A stretch of 64,000 nt of DNA from Actinomycetes bacterium (GCA_025360105.1 JANYCT010000095.1:12120-76119); one strand, 5' to 3'. Positions 9,921-19,036 are shown, numbered from the stretch's first letter. Numbers and translations are program-made. Notes: generated by a model not told the origin, from the sequence alone.

Positions 9921-10135
9921 TCGCGGCGGTTCACTGGTATCAGTACCAGGCCGAGGGGCGTCCCTCGCCATGCCGTTTCACGCCGACCTGCTCATGCTAC
10001 GCCGTCGAAGCGCTCAACACGCATGGCACGGTGCGTGGTTTGTGGCTCACTGTTCGTCGACTCCTGCGTTGTCGTCCGTTCGGTCCGAGCGGATTTGACC
10101 CCGTTCCCGACCTGCCATCCAAGAAAGTGATGTAG
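9917..10135 (+). CDS. yidD: Membrane protein insertion efficiency factor YidD
   Basis: Frame of ORF 9620-10135: ...[37 protein letters not shown]...[10 protein letters not shown] is diagnostic for YidD. There is no ATG/GTG/TTG between 9623 and the conserved core, so the start is provisionally CTG 9917 or ATC 9920 (see findings). Confidence 0.8.
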   Translation: MIAAVHWYQYQAEGRPSPCRFTPTCSCYAVEALNTHGTVRGLWLTVRRLLRCRPFGPSGFDPVPDLPSKKVM

Positions 10136-10140
10136 CTCTT

Positions 10141-11226
10141 ATGTTTGAAGGTCCCGCCTGGCTCGTTGCCCAGTTCTACGCACTCACCCATAACTATGCG
10201 ATCGCCATTGCGCTCGTGGCGCTCACCGTGATGATCCTAGTCACGCCGCTCACATTGAAGAGCACCAAGGGCATGCTCGAGATGCAGCGTCTGCAGCCCG
10301 AGATGAAGAAGCTGCAGGCCGAGCACAAAAACGACCGTCAGAAGCTCAACGAAGAGATGATGAAGCTCTACCAGGAGCACAAGGTCAATCCGTTGGCCTC
10401 CTGCCTGCCGCTGTTGCTGCAGATGCCGGTGTTCTTCATCATGTATCGCGTGCTACGCGGGCTCAGCCGTCCGGCGACATTTGCCGATGCGGCGGCCTGC
10501 AAGGCGTCAGAGTTCTGCACCACGAACCAGATCCCGATCGGTAAGACCGTCTTCAATCCCGATCACATCTCCAAGACGTCCGAACTCTACAAGAGCCTGG
10601 TTCCGCTGCATGGCAAGAACGAGATGATTGCGTTCGGTCTCGACCTGTCGAAGTCACCCGCTCACTTCATTAGCACGTCTTTCGGTCAGGGCTTGATCTA
10701 CGCGGCGCTAGTCGTTGCCCTCGGCCTGCTCTATTTCGTGCAGCAGAAGATGGTTGCCTCGCGTGCTGCAGTGAGCCCCACGATGTCGCCCACTCAGGCC
10801 AAAGTCATGCAGTACCTCCCCGTGGTATTTGCGGTCTTCCAGATCTTCTTCCTTACGGGTTTGGTCATCTACTACCTCACGCAGGCCATCTTTCGTATCG
10901 GTCAGAACGCGTACATCACCAAGCGGTTCTACGGCGACGAGGACTCGCTCGGGCGCCAAGCGATGGCAGCCGGTGAGCGTGCTCGCGAGGACGCGAAGAA
11001 GAACGGCGCACCGGCCGCCGTTGGTGGGGGCATGTTCGCCCAGGCCAAGCGCGATGCCCAGGCCAAGCGTGAGGCCCAAGAGGCCGCGGCCAAGCCCGCT
11101 GCCCCGGTGAGTAAGCGCGTCACGCCACCGAAGAACAAGCCGACGCCGAGTGCGAGCCGGCCACAGAAGCCGGCCGCATCTGCCCGCCCCGGAGCGCCGG
11201 CTAAGCCGAAACCACCGAAGAAGTAA
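10141..11226 (+). CDS. yidC: Membrane protein insertase YidC
   Basis: 361 aa. Multi-TM 60-kDa-IMP core (...KLYQEHKVNPLASCLPLLLQMPVFF...) and a long Lys/Pro-rich C-terminal tail. Confidence 0.93.
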   Translation: MFEGPAWLVAQFYALTHNYAIAIALVALTVMILVTPLTLKSTKGMLEMQRLQPEMKKLQAEHKNDRQKLNEEMMKLYQEHKVNPLASCLPLLLQMPVFFIMYRVLRGLSRPATFADAAACKASEFCTTNQIPIGKTVFNPDHISKTSELYKSLVPLHGKNEMIAFGLDLSKSPAHFISTSFGQGLIYAALVVALGLLYFVQQKMVASRAAVSPTMSPTQAKVMQYLPVVFAVFQIFFLTGLVIYYLTQAIFRIGQNAYITKRFYGDEDSLGRQAMAAGERAREDAKKNGAPAAVGGGMFAQAKRDAQAKREAQEAAAKPAAPVSKRVTPPKNKPTPSASRPQKPAASARPGAPAKPKPPKK

Positions 11227-11324
11227 AGCCACCAACAAGTAAAAGCCAGCAACACGTAGGGAACACCAAGTACGGAATACCTGTGCGATCGCAATCGCGA
11301 TCGCCGATCTGATGGGACGAGAAC

Positions 11325-12143
11325 ATGCAGTGGGTTGAAACCACCGGTAAGACAATCGATGAGGCCAAGGGCCTCGCACTCGATCAGTTGGGTGTCGCTG
11401 AAGACGATGCTGAATTTGAAATTGTTGCTGAGCCCAAAGCGGGACTGTTCGGCAGAGTAAAAGGCGAGGCCCGAGTTCGTGCGCGGGTGCGGCCAACCGC
11501 GGTGCGTCCCAAAGTCGAGCGCCGTGATCGGCGCAAAGGTCGTGAGCAGGATCAACAGGCCACAACTGGGTCGCCACCTGCTACCGTGAAGGCGCCCAAG
11601 GGCGATGTTGCTGCCAAGCCCCGAACATCTCCCCAACGCCGTGATTCTGCGGCACAAGCACCCCGAGAGGATTCCGCCGTGAGCGCACAGCAGGTTGGCG
11701 AAGAGGCCAAGAAGTTTCTGACGGATTTGGTAGCCGCGTTTGGTCTGAGTGGTGATGTAGCGCTTCGCGAAGATGGCGATGATCTCGAACTGACCGTGAG
11801 CGGCAACGATCTGGGCCTGATGGTAGGGCCGCGAGGGAACACGCTGTTGGCCGTGCAAGACCTCACCCGTGTTGCATCTCAACGCCGGCTCGGCGACCAC
11901 GACACTCGGTTGCGCGTTGATGTGGGCGGCTATCGCGAGCGCCGCCGCGAGGCGCTGTCGCGGTTCGCAACCCAGATCGCCGACCAAGTGGCCGCATCGG
12001 GAGAAGCCCGCTCACTTGAGGCGATGTCTTCGGCCGATCGTAAGGTCATCCACGACGTGCTGACTGAGAACACAGCGGTGGTCACCCGCTCCGAGGGCGA
12101 GGATCCCAATCGCCGGGTCGTCATCGCTCCGGCGAATGCCTGA
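11325..12143 (+). CDS. jag: Jag/KhpB-type RNA-binding protein (Jag_N, KH, R3H)
   Basis: 272 aa. N-terminal MQWVETTGKTIDEAKGLALDQLGV..., C-terminal R3H-like ...MSSADRKVIHDVL.... Conserved position after yidC. Confidence 0.85.
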   Translation: MQWVETTGKTIDEAKGLALDQLGVAEDDAEFEIVAEPKAGLFGRVKGEARVRARVRPTAVRPKVERRDRRKGREQDQQATTGSPPATVKAPKGDVAAKPRTSPQRRDSAAQAPREDSAVSAQQVGEEAKKFLTDLVAAFGLSGDVALREDGDDLELTVSGNDLGLMVGPRGNTLLAVQDLTRVASQRRLGDHDTRLRVDVGGYRERRREALSRFATQIADQVAASGEARSLEAMSSADRKVIHDVLTENTAVVTRSEGEDPNRRVVIAPANA

Positions 12144-12720
12144 CGATACCGATCTTCTCGCGGTTCTTGAATTTCTGCGTGAGCGCGGCGCGCTCGGCGA
12201 AGCATCGCTTCCCCGTGCCGTGGCTCACGCAGATTTGTTTGTAGCGGCAGCACCACCGGCGTGTCGGCGTGTCCTCGACCTCGGTTCAGGTGGGGGGCTT
12301 CCGGGGCTCGTGATTGCGAGTCGGATGCCAGACGCGACGGTGGTGCTCACGGATCGTCGTGAGCGGCGGATGGACTTGCTTCGCGTGGCATGCGCTCGAC
12401 TTGGATGGGGGTCGAGGGTTTCGGTGATTACCGCCGATGTCGTCGCGTTGGGTCGAGACCCGGCACACCATGGCGGCTACGACGTGGTCACCGCCCGTGC
12501 CTTTGGTGACCCGATCTGGACGCTGTCATGCGCCGTTCCGTTCCTGAACGATGCTGGTGTCGTGATCGTGTCCGAGCCACCCGCGGTGGGCGAGGCTGAG
12601 CGTTGGCCGACCGATGCGGTTCACGCACTGGGTCTACGCGGTTCGAATCAGCAGTACCCCCAGGTCAGGCGGTTCGAACGGACTCACGGAATTGTTTCAC
12701 GTGAAACCCTCGGTGAATGA
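12136..12720 (+). CDS. rsmG: 16S rRNA (guanine527-N7)-methyltransferase
   Basis: 194 aa. SAM motif VLDLGSGGGLPGLV. 8-nt overlap with the jag stop. Canonical jag-rsmG-parA-parB order. Confidence 0.9.
   Translation: MPDDTDLLAVLEFLRERGALGEASLPRAVAHADLFVAAAPPACRRVLDLGSGGGLPGLVIASRMPDATVVLTDRRERRMDLLRVACARLGWGSRVSVITADVVALGRDPAHHGGYDVVTARAFGDPIWTLSCAVPFLNDAGVVIVSEPPAVGEAERWPTDAVHALGLRGSNQQYPQVRRFERTHGIVSRETLGE
12693..12708. promoter_or_regulatory. parS centromere-like site
   Basis: TGTTTCACGTGAAACC matches 15 of 16 positions of the parS consensus TGTTTCACGTGAAACA. It lies inside the last codons of rsmG, about 130 nt upstream of parA. Confidence 0.75.
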
Positions 12721-12834
12721 CTTGACCGGTGGCTTCGCGGCGGTAGTCTGCAAACTAGGAGATCGCCGCTGTCCTGAACGCACGTGGGATCAGGATCCTC
12801 CGAGTGTTTGATCTATGTAAGGGAGACCACCGAG

Positions 12835-13734
12835 ATGGAGTCCATCACCGACCACGGCGACGCAGCGAACGCCGAAACTGGGCCGATTGAGACCCGACCT
12901 GTTGACGTGACGGCCGCTGCTGTTGAGGCGCCTGTCGACATGGCGATGTACCCGCTTCCGCGGATCATGGCGGTCGCGAATCAAAAGGGGGGCGTAGGTA
13001 AGACGACGACCACGGTCAACTTGGGTGCGTGCTTGGCCGAGCTGGGTTATCGCACCCTAGTGATCGATCTTGATCCACAGGGAAACGCTTCGACCGGGCT
13101 CGGCATCGACAATCGTGGACTTGACACGTCGATGTATCACGTGATCATGCATGAGGCCCCGCTCGAGAACTGCATTGAGCCAGCGTCGGTCAAGAATCTC
13201 TTCGTGGCACCGGCCAGTCTCGATTTGGCCGGCACCGAGATCGAACTTGTGCCAGCGTTCAGTCGGGAGAATCGTTTGAAACGGGCCATCGAGGCCGTGC
13301 AGGACGATTACGACTATGTGCTCATCGACTGCCCTCCCTCGCTCGGCTTGCTCACCGTCAATGGACTGACCGCGGCCACCGAAGTGTTGGTGCCGATTCA
13401 ATGCGAGTACTATGCGCTCGAGGGGTTGGGTCAACTGTTGCGCAACGTCGATCTTGTCCGGCGAAACCTGAATCCTTCGCTTGCGGTGAGCACGATCGTG
13501 TGCGTGATGTACGACGCCCGAACAAAGCTAGCCGATCAAGTGGTCACAGAAGTTCGCGAGCACTTTGGCGACAAGGTCATGCGAACGGTGGTTCCCCGCA
13601 CCGTGCGATTGTCCGAGGCTCCCTCGTTCGGGCAACCGATCATTACATTCGATTCCACTTCGCGAGGCGCTGTCGCCTATCGCATGGTTGCAAAGGAGGT
13701 GAGCGCGCATGGCACGCCTCGGGGGACTCGGTAA
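12835..13734 (+). CDS. parA: Chromosome partitioning ATPase ParA/Soj
   Basis: ORF 12784-13734. Deviant Walker A NQKGGVGKTTT. I prefer ATG 12835 (GGGAGA 8 nt upstream) over the ORF-track start. Confidence 0.9.
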   Translation: MESITDHGDAANAETGPIETRPVDVTAAAVEAPVDMAMYPLPRIMAVANQKGGVGKTTTTVNLGACLAELGYRTLVIDLDPQGNASTGLGIDNRGLDTSMYHVIMHEAPLENCIEPASVKNLFVAPASLDLAGTEIELVPAFSRENRLKRAIEAVQDDYDYVLIDCPPSLGLLTVNGLTAATEVLVPIQCEYYALEGLGQLLRNVDLVRRNLNPSLAVSTIVCVMYDARTKLADQVVTEVREHFGDKVMRTVVPRTVRLSEAPSFGQPIITFDSTSRGAVAYRMVAKEVSAHGTPRGTR

Positions 13735-14656
13735 AGGCTTGGGAGCGCTCATCCCGTCAGATTTGAGTGACGCTGGAGCGACAGATCCGGGTGGAGATCC
13801 CGATCGCGCGCGGTTGGTCGAGGTGCCTATCGAGGCGCTGTCGCCAAACCCCAATCAGCCACGCGTCCATTTTGATGAGGACTCGCTCGCGGAACTCGCG
13901 GCGTCGATTCGCGAAATCGGCGTACTCCAACCAGTACTCGCCCGCGACATGGGCGACGGCACCTATCAGCTCGTCGCTGGCGAGAGGCGGTGGCGTGCGG
14001 CCCGCCGCGCTGGACTCACCTCCATTCCTGCCGTTGTTCGTCGCACTGGGGACTTGAGCTCTGTCGAGCAGGCGCTTGTCGAGAACCTGCATCGTCAAGA
14101 CCTCACTCCATTGGAAGAAGCAGCGGCATACCAGCAGCTCATTGAGGACTTTGGCCTGACGCACGAGCAGGTGTCGTCGCGCGTCGGCAAGAGTCGCTCA
14201 GCGATCTCGAATACGCTACGTTTGCTGACGCTGCCGCCAGCGATCCAGCATTTGCTGGCCGATGGACGGTTGTCGGCAGGGCACGCTCGGGCACTGCTTG
14301 GCAGTCCGGATCGAGCCTTCCAAGAGCACCTGGCGAAACGAGCCGTGGGTGAGGGCTGGTCGGTTCGCGCCGTCGAAGATGCCGTGCGCGATCGACAGGC
14401 GGGAGGCGGCGAGCCGAGCCGTGGGGATGTGACTCAGGTCACTCCAACCGATGGTGCGGGGCTGACGCCGGTGACTCGACTGCGACCGCCGGGGCTGCTC
14501 GAACTCGAGCATTTGCTGGCCGAGCATCTCGATACTCGCGTTGCGGTGACGATGGGCGCGAAGCGGGGCAAGGTGTCGATTGAGTTTGCCGATCTTGAGG
14601 ATCTTGAACGGATCTACCGCCACATGGTGGAGGGTTCCTCGAAGCACACCGACTAA
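13709..14656 (+). CDS. parB: Chromosome partitioning protein ParB/Spo0J
   Basis: 315 aa. MARLGGLGKGLGALIP N-terminus, GERRWRAA arginine patch, HTH region. Confidence 0.93.
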   Translation: MARLGGLGKGLGALIPSDLSDAGATDPGGDPDRARLVEVPIEALSPNPNQPRVHFDEDSLAELAASIREIGVLQPVLARDMGDGTYQLVAGERRWRAARRAGLTSIPAVVRRTGDLSSVEQALVENLHRQDLTPLEEAAAYQQLIEDFGLTHEQVSSRVGKSRSAISNTLRLLTLPPAIQHLLADGRLSAGHARALLGSPDRAFQEHLAKRAVGEGWSVRAVEDAVRDRQAGGGEPSRGDVTQVTPTDGAGLTPVTRLRPPGLLELEHLLAEHLDTRVAVTMGAKRGKVSIEFADLEDLERIYRHMVEGSSKHTD

Positions 14657-14738
14657 TCATGCCCCTGAGCAGGTGCGATGGGGCTGCTTGTTACTCTCAC
14701 CCTTGGGTGTACCTCGCGCGTGAGGCTTACGCACATCG

Positions 14739-14759
14739 TGTGGACAGGCCTGTGGATAA
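14739..14759. promoter_or_regulatory. Pair of DnaA-box 9-mers in the convergent parB/cwlM gap
   Basis: TGTGGACAG 14739-14747 and TGTGGATAA 14751-14759. The second is a perfect reverse complement of the E. coli-type consensus TTATCCACA. Confidence 0.45.
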
Positions 14760-14774
14760 ACCCTCACGTGGCAG

Positions 14775-15770
14775 TTATGGCTCGTTGTGTGAGGCGCGTT
14801 GGGGTGTCGGCAGGAGCGGTTGGGCGGCCCATTGCTCGATCGACGATCGCACGATGTGGGCGATCTCGATGGAGTGGTCGACGGTGTGTCGCAGCGATCC
14901 CAACGACGCGAGAACCGCGGGCATGCGCGTCTCACGCAATACCTGCAGGCGCATGCCGGCCAACTGTGGGTTCAATCCGCAATGGCCGCGTAGGCCGGTG
15001 ACCATACGGTCGGCGAGTGATCGACCCCCGGTGGACTCGAAGGTGGGTACGGCGTAATAGCAGACACGGCTGACGTCGTCGGTGCGGGCCTCGAAACCAA
15101 CATAGACAGCGGCTCCAAATCGGTTCGCGGCCTCGGCCTGCACGATTGCGTCGGGCTCGTCGACGGAGATGACCACGGCGCCGCTCATCCGCAGATCTCG
15201 ACTGAGTGCGCGTGTGAGCTTGCTGAGACCGCCGAACTGCCCAATGACGATATGAACACCCTGGAGTGAGCCGGAACTTGATCGCAGACGTTCACGTTCA
15301 CGCACGGTCGCAACCCCGGGACCGGTTCCGGTTTGTCGACTGACGCGTTCGATGGCCCGCACCGTGTCGACACCACAGGTGCCGTCAGCAAGCACACCAC
15401 AGTTGCGCTGAAAGTCCTCGAGGGCGCGCGCTGTTCGAGGGCCAAGAATGCCGTCGACTCGGCCGCAGTCGAAACCAATTCTCCCGAGCCGCCCCTGCAG
15501 ATCGGCAATGTCATCGCCTCGAAGATTCGGCGAGGTCAAAAACAGCAACCGGTCACCGAGACGCCATGAGGCCTCAACAAGAACGGTCCAGGTGACCTCA
15601 TCACAGCAACCGTCGACGCGCAGACCACGCGCCTGCTGAAAGCCGCGCACGGCAGCCTCTGTGCAAGCGCAATAGACGCCTGCCTGTGCGCCGACGGCGG
15701 GTGGGAATCCGGCAGCGCTGAGGCGGCGCTGCACGTCGCGAATGGCCTCCCCGCGCTGACCCGGGGTCAG
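14775..15770 (-). CDS. cwlM: CwlM-like protein: two PG_binding_1 repeats plus an N-acetylmuramoyl-L-alanine amidase (Amidase_3) domain
   Basis: ORF 14775-15734, plus 12 upstream in-frame codons ([12 protein letters not shown]) that complete the first PG-binding repeat. Same position as Rv3915, next to trxA/trxB. The GHGG zinc-ligand motif reads GQFGG by eye, which would fit a regulatory, non-hydrolytic CwlM. The start codon is uncertain (see findings). Confidence 0.85.
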   Translation of the reverse strand: MTPGQRGEAIRDVQRRLSAAGFPPAVGAQAGVYCACTEAAVRGFQQARGLRVDGCCDEVTWTVLVEASWRLGDRLLFLTSPNLRGDDIADLQGRLGRIGFDCGRVDGILGPRTARALEDFQRNCGVLADGTCGVDTVRAIERVSRQTGTGPGVATVRERERLRSSSGSLQGVHIVIGQFGGLSKLTRALSRDLRMSGAVVISVDEPDAIVQAEAANRFGAAVYVGFEARTDDVSRVCYYAVPTFESTGGRSLADRMVTGLRGHCGLNPQLAGMRLQVLRETRMPAVLASLGSLRHTVDHSIEIAHIVRSSIEQWAAQPLLPTPQRASHNEP

Positions 15771-16105
15771 AGGGAGGTAGCCAGGAATTCGTCGAGCTCC
15801 TGCAGTAGTTGTCCTTTGCCCTTGGCGCCAACGAGGCGCTTGGCGACCTCGCCACCTTTGAACACCAAAAGGGTGGGGATGCTCATCACGTTGAAACGCA
15901 TCGCCAGATCGGGGTTCTCGTCGACGTTGAGCTTCGCAATGGTGATCTTGCCGGCGTTCTCCTTGGCGATTTCACCGAGGATGGGCGCAATCATCTTGCA
16001 TGGACCGCACCACTCGGCCCAGAAGTCGACAACAACCGCGGTATCTGACGATGCAATGATTTCGTCGAAGGTGTTGGTGGTGAGAGTAACGATGCCTTCA
16101 GCCAT
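15767..16105 (-). CDS. trxA: Thioredoxin
   Basis: 112 aa with the WCGPC active site ([13 protein letters not shown]). Confidence 0.95.
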   Translation of the reverse strand: MAEGIVTLTTNTFDEIIASSDTAVVVDFWAEWCGPCKMIAPILGEIAKENAGKITIAKLNVDENPDLAMRFNVMSIPTLLVFKGGEVAKRLVGAKGKGQLLQELDEFLATSL

Positions 16106-16187
16106 GATGGCGTCCTTTCAATGGAGAAACTATTGTACCGATCGGAACACCGTGTTGGGGTTGGGCATTCCCCTGGACGATGTCGCC

Positions 16188-17132
16188 TCAGTGGCCAACG
16201 GCCTCGAGCCACCGTTCGGCGTCGATGGCGGCCATGCAACCCGACCCGGCCGCAGTGATGGCCTGACGGTACGTGTGATCTTGGACGTCACCGCAGGCAA
16301 AGACACCATCGATGTTGGTGTACGACGAATCGGATTTGGTGATGAGGTAGCCACTGTCTTCCATGTCGAGGACACCTTTGAACAGATCGGTGTTCGGCCG
16401 GTGGCCGATGGCCACGAACAAACCGGTGACCGGCAGCAGCGATTCCTCGGCCGTATTGACATCACGAACCATCGCGCCAACCAACTTGTCGTGGCCAATG
16501 AGATTGGTGACCACACTGTTCCAGCGCATCTCGATCTTTGGGTTGCTGAGCGCTCGGTCCTGCATGATCTTGGAGGCGCGCAGTGTGTCGCGGCGGTGGA
16601 TGAGGGTGACTTTCGAGGCGAATTTGGTGAGGAATGTTGCTTCCTCGATAGCGCTGTCGCCGCCGCCGACGACGGCGATCTCTTGCCCACGAAAGAAGAA
16701 TCCATCGCACGTGGCGCAGGTGGAGACGCCGTGGCCGAGCAGTCGTTCCTCGGCCTCGAGACCGATCATCAGCGACTGAGCCCCGGTGGACACGATGATG
16801 GAATCGGCCTCGTACAGATCGTCGCGAACCCACACCTTGAAGGGGCGCTGGCTGAAGTCAATTGCAGTGGCCTTGGCGGTGATGAATGATGCGCCGAAGC
16901 GGGACGCCTGTTCGCGAAAGCGCATCATTAACTCGGGACCCATGATGCCCTCGGGAAAACCAGGAAAGTTCTCGACCTCGGTGGTGAGCATGAGTTGCCC
17001 ACCGGGTTGATCGCTCGTGCTGCTGGGCTCTCCTTCGATGACCAGCGGCGACAGGTTGGCTCGAGCGGTGTAGATGGCAGCAGTGAGACCTGCCGGCCCG
17101 GAGCCGATGATCACAACAGGATGGCGGCTCAC
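16188..17132 (-). CDS. trxB: Thioredoxin-disulfide reductase
   Basis: ORF 16188-17348 trimmed to GTG 17132. Homology begins at SRHPVVIIGSGPAGLTAAIY, with a redox CATCDG motif. The GTGA overlap with the upstream gene stop supports this start. Confidence 0.95.
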   Translation of the reverse strand: MSRHPVVIIGSGPAGLTAAIYTARANLSPLVIEGEPSSTSDQPGGQLMLTTEVENFPGFPEGIMGPELMMRFREQASRFGASFITAKATAIDFSQRPFKVWVRDDLYEADSIIVSTGAQSLMIGLEAEERLLGHGVSTCATCDGFFFRGQEIAVVGGGDSAIEEATFLTKFASKVTLIHRRDTLRASKIMQDRALSNPKIEMRWNSVVTNLIGHDKLVGAMVRDVNTAEESLLPVTGLFVAIGHRPNTDLFKGVLDMEDSGYLITKSDSSYTNIDGVFACGDVQDHTYRQAITAAGSGCMAAIDAERWLEAVGH

Positions 17133-17509
17133 GCTGTGGCCCGCGCCGTGGTGGCTCCGGTTTGGTCGGCGCCATTGGCTTGTCCGGCTTCGTCGAGGGA
17201 GTGACGCTTGTTCATACAGAAGGCGCCGACAATGGTGAAGACCACACCCATGAGGAGATATGACATCCAGACAGCGTCGCGATGATCGAATGGCCACTCG
17301 AGGATGGATTGCAATCCGCGGGTGAGAGCGATCACCAGCAGCACACACGCGATGATGCCACCGACCACACCGATGACTCCGAACACGATGCCTCGGTAGA
17401 GCAGGAGTAGCGGTTTGGTGGTCTTGTCACGCACCAGCCCGACGACGCGCTCGATGGTGTCGGCAAGCTTGGCTGCCCAGTTCGGATCGGTCAATGGGTT
17501 CCCCGGCAT
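17129..17509 (-). CDS. Small membrane protein, unknown function (2 predicted TM helices)
   Basis: 126-aa ORF with hydrophobic segments GIVFGVIGVVGGIIACVLLVIAL and MSYLLMGVVFTIVGAFC. Translationally coupled (GTGA) to trxB. Confidence 0.6.
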   Translation of the reverse strand: MPGNPLTDPNWAAKLADTIERVVGLVRDKTTKPLLLLYRGIVFGVIGVVGGIIACVLLVIALTRGLQSILEWPFDHRDAVWMSYLLMGVVFTIVGAFCMNKRHSLDEAGQANGADQTGATTARATA

Positions 17510-17531
17510 GCCGACGACTCTAACCGACGGC

Positions 17532-18392
17532 TCAGGGTAGAGCGATGGTCGTTACCGTTCGACAAGTTGCGGGGTCGATGACGCTCAGTTGCCGCGAACC
17601 GGGATCCCGTATGGCGAGCACCTGTTGGCCTTGGAAGACCACAGCGGCGAATGGGGTCGTGACCGCGGCAAGACAGTTGGTGTTGTATTGGGTTCGTTCA
17701 TCGGTAGCGCTCATGGTTCCTGCGGTAGCAGCAGCCGTAGACACAGCTGTTGTCCCCAAGGGGTCAGCGCGGCGTCCGAAGCCGGGGTTGGACGCATATG
17801 ACGCAAGTTCGGCTGCGGTGGTAAAGCTCGGCGCAAGCGCCCACGCGGTAACGACAGCGGGACTGTTGATGCCGCCGGCCATGGGTGTGGAACCGGCCGT
17901 GGCCACAGCAGTCGGTCCACCCGTGGGGGCGCCGGCTTGCGGAATTGGTGCGGTGGCCGTTTGCGACTTCTGGGTCTGGGAATTCTGGGCTGCTGCATCG
18001 AAGCTACCGGAGCTTTTTTTGTCGTCGCCTCCGGAGTTGATGACCGCAGCACCGACGACGAGCACGGCCACGGCGGCCGCTGCGCCGCTCAGCCATCGGT
18101 ATTGACGGCGTCGCCGATCGCTGAGGGAAATCACCGGCGCAAGCGCAACGGTGTCGTCCCCGGCTGGCGATTGCAGGTCGTCAAAGGCACTGAGCGCGGC
18201 GGCAACAGCGGCCTCACGAGCGGTCGGCGGTATCTCGATGTCGACCAACTCGGACCGCAACTGCGAATATGCCTCGAACAACTGACGTCCTTGGGGGGTG
18301 GCCTCGATACGAACGCGTTCCATCGGCGACACCTCGCCGTCGAAGGCGGCGCTGGCCAGTTCGGCCTCGTTGGTCAATGAATCGTCAGTCAT
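17532..18392 (-). CDS. Putative single-pass anti-sigma factor (Rv3912/RsmA position)
   Basis: 286 aa. 4-nt overlap with the ECF sigma gene. Cytoplasmic N-domain, one TM helix (WLSGAAAAVAVLVVGAAVI), extracytoplasmic Ala/Thr-rich domain. No HxxxCxxC zinc motif. Confidence 0.55.
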   Translation of the reverse strand: MTDDSLTNEAELASAAFDGEVSPMERVRIEATPQGRQLFEAYSQLRSELVDIEIPPTAREAAVAAALSAFDDLQSPAGDDTVALAPVISLSDRRRRQYRWLSGAAAAVAVLVVGAAVINSGGDDKKSSGSFDAAAQNSQTQKSQTATAPIPQAGAPTGGPTAVATAGSTPMAGGINSPAVVTAWALAPSFTTAAELASYASNPGFGRRADPLGTTAVSTAAATAGTMSATDERTQYNTNCLAAVTTPFAAVVFQGQQVLAIRDPGSRQLSVIDPATCRTVTTIALP

Positions 18393-18991
18393 GATGTGGG
18401 AGTTGGACGCTCGAGGGGATCGGGTTGGTTCCGTGAAGTTCGATCGATGCGGGCGGCCAACATCGAACGGCCGCGGGCGATACGGCTCTTGACAGTGCCG
18501 AGAGGGACGTTCAGAACCTCGGCAATCTCGGCGTAGTCAAGATCACCGACATCGCGGAGAACGACGGGCAACCGAAAGTCCTCGGGTAAATCGGCCAGTG
18601 CAGCGTCGATTGCCAGACGGTCACCCAGCGCCTCAATGCGAAGTCCAGCATCAGGATCGGGAACCTCGTCGTAGATCATGGTGCCATCGCCGTGGACCTG
18701 CGCTCCTTTGTTGAGCAGCGGTCGACGCTGGCGTCGACGCAATTCATCGAGGCTGGTGTTGGTCGCGATGCGATAAGTCCAGGTGCTGAAGCTGCTCCGG
18801 CCGTCGAACTTGGCAAGACCGCGCACAATGGCGATCATGGCCTCCTGCGCAGCATCAGCAGCATCGGCTTCATTGCCGGTGATGCGTCTGCACACGGCGA
18901 ACACCCGGTCGTAGTGACGTCGGAGCAACTGGTCGAGACTCGAGCGGTCGCCGGCTCGGGCGGCTGCTACGAGCGAATGGTCGTCGGACAA
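18389..18991 (-). CDS. ECF RNA polymerase sigma factor (SigM-like by synteny)
   Basis: 200 aa. Region 2 (...DAAQEAMIAIVRGLAKFDGRSSFSTWTYRIATN...) and region 4 (...DLDYAEIAEVLNVPLGTVKSRIARGR). Confidence 0.9.
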   Translation of the reverse strand: MSDDHSLVAAARAGDRSSLDQLLRRHYDRVFAVCRRITGNEADAADAAQEAMIAIVRGLAKFDGRSSFSTWTYRIATNTSLDELRRRQRRPLLNKGAQVHGDGTMIYDEVPDPDAGLRIEALGDRLAIDAALADLPEDFRLPVVLRDVGDLDYAEIAEVLNVPLGTVKSRIARGRSMLAARIDRTSRNQPDPLERPTPTS

Positions 18992-19036
18992 CGGATCGAT
19001 ACCGAGAGCGTAGCCATGCGTGTAGGTTCCGAAGAA

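Noticed and set aside
11285-11304. Two copies of the 8-bp palindrome GCGATCGC, 12 bp apart, just upstream of jag.
   Set aside because: GCGATCG-containing strings recur elsewhere in the window (for example near 5090), so this is probably compositional. The evidence for an operator is insufficient.
10708-11987. 289-aa and 352-aa minus-strand ORFs.
   Set aside because: They are antisense to yidC and jag, both of which are confidently identified and syntenic. They show no motifs.
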